Below the pieces are notes generated by a model, which saw only the letters and a program-made list of their open reading frames with translations, had not been told where the DNA came from and ran no database searches. From Bugula neritina (lineage: Eukaryota > Animalia > Bryozoa), in assembly GCA_964035545.1 (NCBI GenBank), contig OZ037767.1, forward strand, positions 22,460,628 through 22,524,627: a stretch of DNA of 64,000 nucleotides. The letters are read 5' to 3'. Position numbers and translations under genes: made by a program. Every line of letters begins with the position of its first letter. The stretch's first letter is position 1. Shown piece by piece: positions 27,220 through 49,011 of this stretch.

Positions 27220-28013
27220 TAAGAATTGAGAATATTTAGCTATCCACCTTCAAGTTTATTACAAGTTTAGTCACAAAGCGTTATGATTGAATAAGAGCAC
27301 GCTGAGCTTAATTTTTTTCACTTTAAATTAAATATTAGCATGGCGTTTTGCCATAAAATTCGCTGTACGGTGTAGTAATTGTGAAATTCTTATGGCTAAT
27401 TAAGTTAAAATAAGAATGTAACAATTGCCTTTAGTTCAAGTGTCTCACACCCCGGTCCTAACGACTTACCTAAGTTTCAATTTCACTCATTTGATTTAAC
27501 AGTAGAAGTAAAATCTTATTATAGTTAATGTTATAGTATTAGTTTATACTTTATAGTTATACTTTTACTTATACTCATAGTCATACTGATACCGATACTT
27601 ACGTTTATAGCTATATTCTATGCACTTGTAGTAGGAAAATTAGTAATAAAGTCCAAGTGTAACTGTAAGTATAACTTATACAGTTATACAATAATACTTA
27701 ATCTTATAGTCATACTTAGAGTTAGTCTTATACTTATAGTTATAGTTATAATTTTAAGTTGTAATATTAATATTAATTTGAATTAAACTTTAGTTAATAA
27801 TAATAGTAAATGTTACACTTATTATCTATACTTCATATTTATATTATAGTTATACAGTATACTAATAGTAATAGTAATAGACTTACTCTTACTCCTAAAG
27901 TTATACTTACTCTTAGTCTTATATTAATATACTATAGGGTTACTGTTAGACAATGACATAGTTTATGTTTTGCTGTTTAACTTATAGTTATATAGAAATA
28001 GTTGAGTTCTGGT

Positions 28014-28512
28014 CAGGGTTGGGGTCAATTACATATGAATGTAATTAATTACAAATATAGTTAGTACATGATGAAGATCTGTCAATTACAATTATTATTA
28101 CAGTTAGAAATTAATGTAATTAATTGTAATTACAAAAAGTATTTTTGTTTTCACAAGGGATAAATAAAAGTTATGCAATCTCACTTTATAGTCTAGCTAC
28201 CTGGGGAAATTTAGACAGTGGAGAACCTCCTTTGTTTAAGACAGTGATTAATATGGCGATGCAATACTACATTGAGTTAATCTGAACTTTTTATTAAACA
28301 GTAGGCGTGGTAGGAGAAGTATGAATTATTTAAGATTTAAAAATTTGAAGTAAGTAATTGAGAAGTAATTATAAAGTAACTGTAACAATCATTGACATCA
28401 GATGTGTAATTAATTACAATTATGATTACATTTGTATACATCGAGTACAAATTGCATTCAATTACTTGAAAATTGTAATTGATTACAATCAATTACAATT
28501 ATCCCAACCCTG
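28014..28512. mobile_element. hAT-type MITE, 499 bp
   Basis: TIRs CAGGGTTGGG and CCCAACCCTG. Perfect 8-bp TSD GTTCTGGT at 28006-28013 and 28513-28520. Subterminal GTAATT/AATTAC repeats. Confidence 0.9.
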
Positions 28513-29674
28513 GTTCTGGTAATTGCAATACTTATATTTAGTCTTACTAGTTAGTAGTTTATATGAAGTTAAACATCTGAATGTGAATCATATACTTTTA
28601 ACTTTACTATTCAGTATTCAGTTTAACTTTATGCTTAATCTTATACTTATATTCAATTTGAATTCTGATTTTGAGACTCGTAAAAGTAAATGCTAGAATT
28701 TAGTTTTACTAATAGTAATAGTGTAACTATGTTATTAGTGGGTGTAAGTCATTTCATACACAAATCGTTTTGTACCCATAAATATAAATTAACTAAATTA
28801 CATATTTTTTGAAATTTATTTTTATTTGGGTTTGAAGTCAATTCATTATTCATATTGTGTACAGCGGTTTGTGTTTGAAACGACCATTTTGTGTACGAGA
28901 TGACAACTGTACGAAACGACTCGTGTATGAAATAACAGGAACCCATTATGAGTATATGTAGTACTATTAGTAATTCTTGCAGTTTAGTGTCACTAATAGA
29001 AATAGTTTAAGTTTTAGTGTTACTGTTAGTAATGGTTTTACTTTAAATTTTAGCAATTTGATTTTCAATTTGAAATTTATCCATTAATCACAATTCAGAC
29101 ATACTGAATGAGTCATTCTATTTGATGATCATAATGATATTGGTAACGAATAATGGTATCTATAATCATTTAGTTTAGCAGACTGTTTAATCAATAACTG
29201 TAAGTTAGTATAACTATAAGTATTGTCTTAGCCGATTGAAGAATTTTTAAAGTTTGATATATACAGATAGTGATAATCACACTGACCACTCATACTGAGA
29301 CTCTTACTTGTTGTGTTTTGAAATATATTGTTCAGCCTGACAATGATGCTACTTTGTAGTGTTATGATAATGAGTAACGCTACTGATTTACAATTTCGGT
29401 TAAGCCTATATTGATTGCTTGAAAAATTAGTAGTTGAGGACCTACTATGATCATCAAAGTAGCGGAAATTTATCGTTGCTTCTGTAATTACCTATAGGTT
29501 TTGACAATTGAAAGTCTGATTATGAATACAATAAATGTTTAATTGGCTCATTATTGCAAACTTACAGACATTTCAAATTAAAGCAAATACCATGTGTCAT
29601 TAAAAGTATATAAAGAGTTTCAACTGCTGAGACTTAGCAAACACTAACATGCATTTAAGGTTAAAGGATTCAAT

Positions 29675-32600
29675 ATGGCCGATGATTATCGAAAGAATCT
29701 GTATAAAAATGCTGCGCTAAACACAGACGAAATGAGACGTCGGAGAGAAGAAGAAGGTGTATCATTGCGAAAACAAAAGAGAGATGAACAGGTTTGTATG
29801 TTTATAAAACTTTGACTTGGTATGTTTACTAAGATCAACTATTGTTTTTTATTATATTTGTCTAGGAAATTATGTTTTTTGTAACAACAATAAATATGAT
29901 CTTCAAATAGTTCACTGATGCAGGTGTAATCTGCATCACTGTGCCGGACCATGTTTCAAGCTGCAGATTTTAGACTGCTTGTCTTATGCCTGAAGCCTTT
30001 TTCCTTGAGTGAAAGCTGCGCTATGAGTAATTTCTTGATACTTGTAGTTTTGTTGTTTACTATTCCTTAGGGAATAGGAAGGGCTGACATGCAATTCTAG
30101 TAAACAAAATCTCAATTTTTGGGCTTTAAAAAGATGAAATGTCAAAAATCTTCAGTTTGTAACTATATCTGTAAACAGCAGTTGTGTTTAGTTAATGGTT
30201 GTAAAATATTAGATAGCTCTGAATGTGGATAGAATTATGTAATTCCTTATGTTTGAAGCCAAATTCACTATTGCCCATTTGTGTAGCTAAGATAACATAA
30301 TATTGTATATTTCTCATGTCAATTCAAACCACTGCCACAGTTGATGTTGTCTATATATAGCTGAGTAAGAGAAGGAATGTTGGACTTGGCCAGATAGACG
30401 ACACAGAAGAAGGTGGCCCTGCCGACAGCACCATGTCAGATGCTGACTCCACCTCTTCAGTTGGAGTTGTTGACGAGGAACTGCTGCACAGCTTATACTC
30501 GGACTCTGTGGAAGTCCAACTTCAATCTACCGAAAGATTTCGCAAGTTGTTGTCTAGAGGTTTGCCCGTCTTACTCACTTAATTCCAGCGTCTGATGCAT
30601 CGTCTTGCGTTCCCTTTTTCCGTAAAATTTGTTTTGCTCTGTTCTTGCTTTGTATTGTTTACTGTTTGAATATTACTAATATTAACATATCAACTTTATA
30701 TAATGAATGCAGTGTAGCCTACCTCTTTCATATAACTCTAAATCATGTCCTGTAATTACTATAGGTAGAAACTATGAAATATATGGCTGTTTTAGTAGGA
30801 TTGACTTGGCCTATTTTGCTGTGTTATCCTTGCACTTTTTAATACTGTTGAAAATTTCACTCTTTTGGGTTTAGATTATATGTTCTATTTTACAGAGCCG
30901 AACCCACCTATAAATCAAGTGATAGAAGCTGGAGTTATCCCCCGACTTATCCAATTCCTACATACCACTGACAATACTACCCTTCAGGTTAGACGCTATA
31001 AATTATAGTTGTCTTTTTCGCGCATTTTTTTATAAATATTCTTCAAAATACCAGGGTAACCTATGATACGACTTTTCTTCACATGTATTACAATTGTAGG
31101 ATACATAATGTATGGTGGGAAATTCTTAGTATATATGTACAATTATCTATGACAGTGGCCTGCACATGGAAATGAATGTGACATCTTATGGCAGAGTTAC
31201 TATTCATTGTCCGAGAATGTTAGCTGTATTAGCTTTATGTTATAGTTTGAGGCAGCCTGGGCATTAACTAATATTGCCTCAGGTACTTCCATACAAACCT
31301 CAAAGGTTGTGGAAGCCGGCGCCGTTCCTGTATTCATTTCTTTACTGGGCTCACCATCTTCTGAGGTTAAGGAGCAGGCAGTCTGGGCTCTAGGTTAGTT
31401 ACTCACTTGTATGGATGTGTTGGCATGCACAGAAGGTGTAAATAATATTAATTAATGTTGTTGCTACAGTAATTGAAATTTATTTCTTAATTATTTATCT
31501 CTTAAATTTTATAATGTGTTCTAAACTTTGGCCAATGTTGTTGTCTGCATTTAAAAATGAAATTTTAATCAAGATTTGACATATTTCTTATTGTATATGT
31601 TAGCTCAGTGAATTGTTGCAAATAACAAAATACAAAATACATTCTGCATCATAAGAAAACATTTAACCAGTCTCTCTATTTGATTACCAGGTAACATTGC
31701 GGGAGACAACTCTAAATATAGGGACATGTTGCTAGAACTGTCGGTTATGGGCCCCCTTTTAAGAATACTTCAGGAACGTTCGACCAGAGTTTCTATGGTT
31801 AGAAATTGTGTCTGGTGTGTATCTAATCTGTGTAGAGGGAAAAACCCAGCGCCAGATTTTACAAAGGTTGGCATTATATGACACAATACATACAGTAGAA
31901 TGTAATACATACTATATGCGAGCGCACACAGTGAAGTGGGACACCATACATATCTAACTCTCTCAGTGTTGCTGTTCGCTTTATTGTGTTGCACTCCATT
32001 TTTTTAAAATATGTAGTATTAGCCTCAGGCTTTTTTTATCATTTTCTAGTATTTTTACATATTTTTGCTTACGTTTAACGTCATTTTATCAACCACTAAA
32101 GTTGCACACAACGGAGTTCTGAGTTGCGCATTTTCATAGACCAGGTGATTAATAATATCCGTTGCAGACGTCAGTGTGCCTAGGAGCGTTGGCTACTCTA
32201 ATATACTCAGACGATGAAGATATTCTGTCAGATTCATGCTGGGCCATTTCCTACCTCTCAGACGGGACTAACGATCAAATACAGAAAGTCTTAGAGTCTG
32301 GCATAGCGCGGCGACTAGTGGAGCTTCTGATGCACTCCAATACCAAAGTGGTGTCGGCAGCTTTAAGAGCTGTCGGGAACATAGTTACTGGCAACGACAT
32401 ACAAACACAGGTATGGTAGCATGTCCAATGTGGTAAAACACAGCTTTCTTCTGTCCCTATTCTAGTTTTTTATCAATATCAAGTGGGACTTTTAAGCATA
32501 CAGAAAGGTTATATAAGCTTGAAGTTGCTATTGAATCATATTTAAAGCATATTGAGGTCTAGTTACATGTTACTGCAGTTTATTTCAGTACATAGTTTAC

Positions 32601-34827
32601 TGAAAATGTTTGTATGTTTTGGTTCCATGCATGTATATCATTTAGCACATGGATTTATGTGATTTATTTTTGAATCTTTTTAAAATCATACAAAAATTAA
32701 TAGTATAATTTTTGTTTACACATTTCAATTAAAGCTCGACAAACAATTTGTGCTCTAGGCTCTTTTTCTATAATTTAAAAGTTATTCAGTTTTGATTATT
32801 TGATTTTATCTACCATTTTATTAAATCTATTTATAAATGACCTATTTGTTGTCTGACATGTTTTTAGATTATTATCAATTGTTCAGCTTTGCCCTGTCTT
32901 CTGCATCTCATGAGTAACGCCAAAGAATCTATCAGAAAAGAGGCCTGCTGGACTATATCTAATATAACTGCAGGAAACAGGGGGCAGATACAGGTGCGTG
33001 AACAGGGGGTTCATACAGGGGTGTATAGTGTGTATAGGGGGAGGTGTTTAATGTGAGCGAAGAACAGATACATCTAGAATTAGTTTGGACAGGGGCTAAG
33101 TATCGCTTTCTTGTGTTCTTTATTTATTTTTGTAGGGATTAGTTTCTCATCATATTACTGTTGCTGTTTCGATATAACAAGTATTTATTTTAAAGTAGTT
33201 AGCTTAGGTAGACAATTTTCAGCGTTAAATATATAAATATTTTCCCACACTCTTAATTAGTATAAAAACCTAAGAGTTATCTTGACACGCAGTCTTTAAG
33301 CAAGTAGTTACAGTAGATGCTGAGGTTTAATTTGTTTGTAGTATACCTTGATTATACTAGCCTTTGCAACTAAAGTGTAGTTGAAAATAAATATTCATCA
33401 TATGGACTGAAATGTTAGATGTTGGGCTACATGCCTCTCGCCTAATATTCAAAGTTATGAGAGATTGGGCTTGTGAGATCCAGCTTTTCTCACTCGAAAT
33501 GGTTTTTAAAAAGATATTTAATCAAAGTAATGTTCTTATTCTTTTATTTTACAACTTCACTATCTATCAACATTATCACAACATTATTAGCAGTGAGGGT
33601 ATGTTGTTTTGAATGTTGCAGGCAGTAATAGATGCCAACATTGTACCAACACTCATAGAGATTCTCCATCGGGCAGAGTTCAAGACCAGGAGAGAGGCGG
33701 CGTGGGCGATAACTAACACAACTTCCGGTGGAACTCCAGATCAGATCAGGTGACTATCATCCTACTTACCAGGTGGTCATGTGACTCGCATATAAAGCTT
33801 ATTTTTCGCTATAAAGGAACTTAGAAATGTTTAAAAATTGTGGGCTGCGTGCTCAGTATTTACTGAATAGCGTATATGTGACTTGGTGGGTTTAAACTTG
33901 ACTGTATCCTTTTCTAAAAGTCAGTGTTGTCTAGTGTGTTATGTACGTGTCATATATAGCAAGTGACATGTGTAACAAGTTGACATGTGTAACAAGTTGA
34001 CATGTGTAACAAGGTGACATGTGTAACAAGGTGACATGTGTAACCTAGCTTCTGATTGTATTCAACAGGTACTTGGTCTCACAGAACTGTGTGCCGGCGC
34101 TCTCTGGTCTGTTGCAAGTTCCGGATATAAAGATTCTGTCGGTGTCTATGTTGGCTCTGGACAATATCCTCAAACTAGGAGAGCATGAGGCGAAGAGCAT
34201 TGGCTACAACCCCTACGCCATCCTGCTGGAGGAGTGTGAAGGTATGGTGCCTGTCTGTAGACTTTACTTGTTCTCTCTGGTTTAATAGACTATTTTACGC
34301 TGCTGCGTGTGATGACCCCCAACGCCAGTCTTGTGGCTTAAGTTTTTTTTTGAGAGAAATTTAGTCATTGATTAATTACATTTAGTGATGAAATTAATTC
34401 TGTCAAAATAAATGATTTTTTTGTTGATAAATAATATGTAAGAACTGTATGTATCTATCACTAAGTTTGTCATATTTTTAAAAGGTGGTAATTTAAACTC
34501 AATGCACACTATGCATAATTAAAGTTTTGTTTCATTTTACATTCTGTCTTCGTGTTAGTTAAACATTGTTGGTGTAGCTGTTTTTGTTCTAACTAAATAT
34601 GCCATGTGGTTGCAGGCCTCAACAAGCTGGAATACCTGCAATCCCATGAAAACCAAGACATCTATAAGAAATCCTATAATATCATAGACAGATATTTCTC
34701 GCACGATGATCAGCACGAAGATGAGGACAACCATCTAGCACCTCAGCAACACAACGGACAGTTTACATTTGGCGTGGCTAGCGGGGCGGCTGGTGACGCC
34801 CCTAATACCACAACGTTTGAGCTTTGA
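29675..34827 (+). CDS. KPNA6: Importin subunit alpha, alpha-1 subfamily (KPNA1/5/6-like). Exons 29675-29791, 30361-30559, 30896-30987, 31246-31393, 31691-31866, 32168-32410, 32868-32993, 33622-33749, 34069-34241, 34616-34827
   Basis: IBB domain [40 protein letters not shown] motifs [57 protein letters not shown] and [16 protein letters not shown]-terminal [13 protein letters not shown]. The symbol marks the subfamily, not 1:1 orthology. Confidence 0.95.
33961..34044. repeat. 17-bp tandem repeat (AAG[T/G]TGACATGTGTAAC)x5 near an importin alpha acceptor site
   Basis: Directly visible. Confidence 0.9.
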
Positions 34828-35476
34828 GCTGCCAACTCCTTTTTATCTGTAAATACAAGATGGCATCCGCCGAGCTGCTGTATTCCCAACTCCGTTTTCT
34901 TAATTCTCACTTCTTGGAGTTGTCTACCCACACTGTTCTAGACCCTCTACACTTGAAGGAGTCAGCAGAATAACTCCAGTCCTTCTTACACACATTCATT
35001 CTTCACCTACATTAGTCCTTCATTGCTCAACTACCTCTTGATCAGCATGACAGAAACAAGAAGATAACTCTACACACAGTAACTAATTAATTGACGAATG
35101 CAAGGCTTGTCTTCTCTTGGTTTCATTGCTTTGCTTCTTCGCTTATGGATAAGAAAGTGAATAAAACATGTCAAAGAAAAGTATTTGTGTTAGACTTTTA
35201 TTCTAAGATGGTATCTCATGCCTCTCCTATGTACATAATATTATATAACTCTCTCACCATTGGCGAGAAATGTCAGCTTTTTCATACTATTGTACTTACC
35301 TACTGAAAAATTGTTTGTTTCTTTAGTTTAGATTGTCTTGCATTTATTAATCAGTTGTTTATGCAATGGTTTAAAGCTTTGCCTTAGTATATATGGTTTG
35401 TACTACTTTTCAGTGGGATGTCTATTTTATAAGGTAATTTGAAATAAATGTATTTTAACCAAACTTAACATTCAAT

Positions 35477-36172
35477 ACTAAAAAGTTAGCCAGTTGGAGC
35501 CATTTGTGGTGTAAGCTACATTTGTGCTGTAAGCTACATTTGTACCTAATCTTCTTGCTATACTGTGTATTTAAGAAGGAAATCACACTAGTTTAGGTGA
35601 GTTACTAAAAGGTTAGCCAGTTGGAGCCATTTGTGCTGTAAGCTACATTTGTGGTGTAATAAGCTACATTTGTACTTAATCCTCTTGCTATACTGCGTAT
35701 TTAAGAAGGAGATCACACTAATTTAGGTGAGTTACTAAAAGCTTAGCCAGTTGGAGCCATTTGTGCTGTAAGCTACATTTGTGCTGTAAGCTACATTTGT
35801 GCTGTAAGCTACATTTGTGCTGTAAGCTACATTTGTGCTGTAAGCTACATTTGTACCTAATCCTCTTGCTATACTGCGTATTTAAGAAGGAAATCACACT
35901 ATTTTAGGTGAGTTACTAAAAAGTTAGCCAGTTGGAGCCATTTGTGTTGTAAGCTAAATTTGTGCTGTAAGCTACATTTGTGGTGTCAGCTACATTTGTA
36001 CCTAATCCTCTTGCTATACTGTGTATTTAAGAAGAAAATCACACTATTTTAGGCGAGTTACTAAAAAGTTGGCCACTTGGAGCCATTTGTCCTGTAAGCT
36101 ACATTTGTGGTGTAAGCTACATTTGTGCTGTAAGCTACATTTGTACCTAATCCTCTTGCTATACTGCGTATT
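35477..36172. repeat. Compound tandem repeat: 5 units of about 120-180 bp, each with 2-5 internal 20-bp subrepeats (TGTGCTGTAAGCTACATTTG)
   Basis: The block TACTAAAAAGTTAGCCAGTTGGAGCCATTTG...CCTCTTGCTATACTGCGTATTTAAGAAGG recurs. Confidence 0.92.
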
Positions 36173-39100
36173 TTTTGCCTGCCCACCTGCCCTCCTGCCT
36201 GTGGCAGGCATCTGATGACCAAGAGATAGACGGCAGAAAGGCTAATCATTCTATATTAATCACTCTCTGGCAGAAGAACAAAACTCCAAAGAAAACACAA
36301 AAGAACTCATCAGGATTAGCACCAGAAAACACAGGGTTGGTTTAAACTGTCCCTCAATTGGGCGAGTTTCATTCCCATAATGCCTAGTAGAGGGAGTAAA
36401 ACATTAAGTTCAACGCCTTCATAAACACCTGGTTCAATTCATGAAAAATTAGATTTAATATTAGCAAGATTACATAACTTTGATTCCAGACTTAAAAAGT
36501 TAGAATACGAGCAAACGGAGATAACAAAAAGTTTAAACTTCATGTCAGAAGAAATGCAAAAATTCAAGGTTAATCTAAAAGGTGTAAACGCTAAAAAGAT
36601 TGTAGACTTAGAAAAGCAGTTAGATCAGCTAACCCACCATGGAAATAAGAAGAACCTGGTTATTGATGGAATTCCTTACAAAGCAGGCGAAGATATTTTT
36701 CAAGCAACTAAAGTGTTTTCAGATAAAGCGAGCTATGAATTCAACCCAAACACCGACATGAATAATCTTTACAGGATAAAAAAGTCAGACAAGATTGTAA
36801 TGAAATTTTTACAAATACGTAAGCGTGATAAATTTCTATTTAGTTGCAAGAGAGCAAAAGTTGTTGCTAGTGATTAAGGTTTCAAGTCAAACAAAAGCAG
36901 AATTTTTGTAAATGAAATGCAAACACCTGAACAAGCCGCTCTTCTTCATCAAGTCCGAACATATAAGAAGGAAAATGATTACAATTTTGCATGGACCAAT
37001 AACAACAGGATCTTTTTAAGAAAGACGTCAGACAGTGAGGTTATATCAATTAGAACTATGAATGATTTAACAATGTTGGGTTAGCTTTCTGTTACTTGTC
37101 TTTGACTCTTTTTTTTAATCACCTACGCAGAAATTCATGCCTGTGATTATATGTAAAGAATTTTCCACTAAAATTTTCAAAATAAATGTACAGGTACTGA
37201 TTTTTCTTGTCCTACAACATTTCTAAATATTAGTATTCAAAGCTTGTGCTCAAATTTTAAGTCCCTTGAAGTTTTTGTGAGTAGTGTTAATAAACCTTTT
37301 GACCTTATATGTATTACTGATACTTTTTGTATGATGCCGAGGCTAGTAATTATCCTTTAAATGGTTATGCTTTTGTAGGCAAACAACGTTTAACTAGAGG
37401 AGGGGGAGTTGGGGTCTATGTGCGCAATGGTGCTGCAGAGGCATTTAAATGTAATGATATCATGATAACTGGCACAGAATCCTTGCTATTGAAGTTGAGA
37501 GGTAGAGTCTTTAGCATGTTTGGATCGTTTCTCTGCCTTACTGTTGTCTACCGGCAGCCTTCCTCAGACACTGGTGCCTTTCTCTGCGATCTCGAGCGGT
37601 ATATTTTTACTAATAAGGGACACAGTCACGTTATATTGGGTGATATGAATATTGATACACTGAAATCGGATAGGGTAAGCCAAAATTATCTTAATATCCT
37701 TGCTAGCGCAAATTTCTCAAATGTTATTACTATACCGACTAGAATTAAATCCTGTATAGACCATATCAATATAAACTTTAACAACAAAGTAGTTACCTCA
37801 GGAACAGTGATGACTAAAGTTGTAGACCACCTACCAACATTTACTAGCTTTGAAAATGATAGTAGTCATTTTAAACCTACCGAAAACATCACATCCTTTG
37901 ATACAAACACTTTTTTAAAAGAACTGAGTAACATAAATTGGGAAAATGAAGTTTATTGTAAGCCCGAAGTTCACAGTAAATACAGTAGTTTTGCAAATAA
38001 TTTTTTAAATATTTGTTACAAGCACGCTTCTCTTGAAACACAAGAAAATAAGATTGAAATGCCGAAAATTCCTTGGATGACATTTGAAATTATAAAATTA
38101 ATTAATAAAAGAGATTATGTTTATAGAAAATTCTTACACTCTCCCTTCAACACTAAACTAAAACATAAATTTAAAACACTAAGAAACCAGGTATCTAAAC
38201 AGATCCGTGAAGCTAAAACTCGGTATTTTCAGACCATTTTTTCAGACATCAGAAGCTTCAAAATGTTGGAGAGTGATGAATGAGCAATTGGGAAAACAAC
38301 GCAAAATTGTTTCATCAGGGCCTAATCAGCTTTGCTACAACGGTTCTGTTTTCACAAGTGATCAAGACATAGCAAATTGTTTTAACAAATATTTCATATC
38401 AGTCAGAGCATCTTTGGCAAAAAAATTTAACAACCAGGCTGAGGCAACCAATTCTAAAATTACAGCAAAAAAGCCACATTATAGCTTTTAATTTTTACCA
38501 GTTTACAGCCAATATGTAGAGGCTTTGCTAAAAAACATGGATATTAAGAAAGCTACTGGTTTTGACCAAATGCCAGCAAAATTGATTGTAACAAGCGCAC
38601 ATATACTATCTATTCCTTTAACTCACATTATTAATGAAAGTTTCCAAAATGGCGTATTTCCAGATACTTATATGAAAATTGCAAAGGTAAAACCTTTACA
38701 CAAAAAAGGTATAACAACTGACTGTACCAATTATAGGCCTATTTCGATTCTTCCAGCTCTTAGCAAAATTATAGAAAAACTTATGAATTGCCAACTAACA
38801 AACTTTTTAGAAAGTGAAAATATTTTAAATCCTCAACAATATGGCTTTAGGAAAGACAAAAGTACTTCACATGCACTAGCTCAATTTACAAATAGTGTAC
38901 TGGAAGCGTTGAATGATGGAGATTCTGTGTCGGGAATATTTTTGAATTTTAGTAAAGCTTTTGATACAATTGACCATTGTATTTTAATTGATAAACTAAA
39001 AAGTCTCAATTTTTCAAACACTAGCGTTGCCCTTATTTCAAACTACCTTTCAAATCGTAAGCAACTTACTAAGATAAACTCACATTTTTCTAATTTAAAT

Positions 39101-40187
39101 GATATAACATGTGGCGTGCCTCAAGGCTCCATCTTAGGTCCCACCTTATTTTTGATTCACATAAATGATCTACCAACGGTTACTAAATTACTCGATCCAA
39201 TACTATACGCTGATGATACAAACTTATTCTTTAGAAGCAAAAATTTAAATTCACACATTAATACAATAAATGATGAATTAGAACTTATAAAAAATTGGTG
39301 CAACTTGAATAAACTTACTTGAAACGTAGAAAAGACAAATTATCTTGTATTGCAAACACCTCAAAACAACCGCAAACTAAACCTAAATTCAATAAAAATT
39401 GGCGACTCATATTTAAAAGAAACAAATTCAATCAAATTTTTAGGGGTTGAAATTGACAAATCTCTGTCATGGAATTTGCATATAGACAAATTGTGTAAAA
39501 ATCTGAGACCAATGATAGGAATGCTATTTAAATGTTCAAGTTTCTTACCAAGAAATGTGTTAATCGTAATATATAACTCTTTTATAAATTCCAAAATCAA
39601 CTATTGTCTTGAATCATGGGGAAGCGCAGCAAAAAGTTATATTAACCAAATCCACTTATTACAAAAGCAATTAGTAAGAATAATTTATGAAAAATCTCCA
39701 CTGACACACACTAAACCATTATTTTTACATTCCTTAACACTTCCTGTCCAATTACAATACAAATATAAATTATCATTACTTGCTCATCAAACCTTTTACT
39801 CCAATGATTCACATTCTTGCCACAATTACTTAACTAGAGCTGCCAAATATAATTTAAAACTGCCCAAACCTACAACCGCTTCCGGAAATCGCAGAGTGAG
39901 TTACCAGTGTGCATCCTTGTGAAATGGGCTGCCGAAGTCAATTCGTGCTGTTGCAGGAGATGGTGATTTCAAGCGTGCTGTAAAGTCTTATGCTTGCTTG
40001 GCTCAATGTAACTTGTTTGACTTTGTACTTTTAGACAGCTAACTGTTAGTTCTCTTCAGCAAAGGCCTGGTGCCTCGACTAGCTGCAGTGCTATTTATTG
40101 CACCATAGGCCTAAACACATTTTTTTCCTCATTCTTGTAAACTTTTTATAAGTGTTAAAATAAAAAAAAACAAACAAAACAAAAACA
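36173..40187 (+). mobile_element. Near-full-length but inactivated non-LTR retrotransposon (CR1/L2-group LINE). ORF1 ~36380-37084; ORF2 (APE endonuclease plus RT) ~37138-39990; A-rich tail
   Basis: APE motifs RGGGVGVYV, VYRQPS, ILGDMNID, IDHI and DHLP. RT motifs NYRPISILP, QYGFR, FSKAFDTIDH, GVPQGSILGPTLF, YADDT and KFLGVEID. ORF1 has a coiled-coil-like region and IFVNE..FAWT..IFLRK. Several in-frame stops and frameshifts. AATAAA plus an A/AAAC tail at ~40159-40187. Confidence 0.93.
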
Positions 40188-41167
40188 ATTGCATTTGTTT
40201 GGTTTCATTAACTCTACTAATGTTAGCCTGGGCATAGGCTAAGGCCCCGCTTATCTTAGAATCAATGTTTACATACTCTAAAACCTAGATAGACACTTTC
40301 ACTGGTGTATAGCTCTCTTAATTAGTTACTAGACTTATCACTCCGTGATGGATCTTACCATTCAACTTCCTTTAGCAGCTCACGTAAGTTTTCTAACGAA
40401 AATATTTCAAATGCGATTACCAAACCAGCTGTTTTTGTTGGTGCAGTTGCATATTGTCAATCTATTGCTATTCTAATTAAACTCCTAACTGAGGAGATAA
40501 AGGCTTCATCTTCACTATTGGTTAGTTTAATATAGTTGTAATGATTTGCATCTTGCGTTTTATTAGTATTCATTGTGAAAGTTATGCATAATGGTAATGC
40601 ATTGACAAAAAAATTGAATTGTGTGAACTGTTAAAGCCTTTGTTTACTAGAAAAGTTGAATCAAATTTATCATTATTGTTCCTGCAAAAACAAGCATGCA
40701 CTGTAAGTCTTCCAGTCTTAATAACTGTTTATTTTAATGCATTGCACTTCGTCTATAACTTACTGAATATTGAGTATAATAGTTAATTATGTAATGATAA
40801 TAAAGCATCTTAGCTTTAGTTATTCATGGTTCAAATTTTAAAGTTAAATTTGAATCTAAATTTGTTTATACTCCACAAACATACAACAGCAAGCCGTTGC
40901 TGTGCTCATTATATTATGTTCTTTGAAGCTGGGAAGCTGCCATAAAAGTAATCTTAGCGCACGGCGTTTAGAAAATACATGTATTTAAAGACAGGTATTC
41001 TAAAGTCTTAACATTCAACCATTAGTCTCTATCAAGTTATTTTATGTTGATAGTAGGCAACTGGTAACAACATTGTTTATTCATTCTTTTTCTGCATTAG
41101 ATACTTTTGCTTTATCTAAACAAATTTTAATGATACTTTTGCATCACACAGCCACAGAAAATCTAGA

Positions 41168-48703
<7,536 letters not shown>

Positions 48704-49011
48704 TAAAAAACCATTGACTTGTTTATAGTTATTTTAGTTGTTATGCATTTAGTTAGCAATGTTAACTTATAGAGTTCCTTGTAGAAACACTGCAATACAC
48801 AACCTTTTTCATTGTAAGGACTGATTGAAAGTGTGTTTATGAGTGAAAGAATTTAGATAAGACTTATAATTCCCATGATGCCTGCATACCTACAGAAGTC
48901 TATTAACAAATTACATATAATAATATAGATATTATACACTTGGGTATGTTTATAGTCTCTATCCCTTTGAGAATCCCTGCTATTAAGGTTTTCTTTTTGT
49001 GTCAGTTTTGG

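Noticed and set aside
35477-36172. CRISPR-like repeat/spacer appearance
   Set aside because: The intervening segments are themselves repeated, the context is eukaryotic, and there are no cas genes.
36380-39990. Active or domesticated reverse transcriptase
   Set aside because: Multiple stops and frameshifts in both ORFs indicate ordinary decay.
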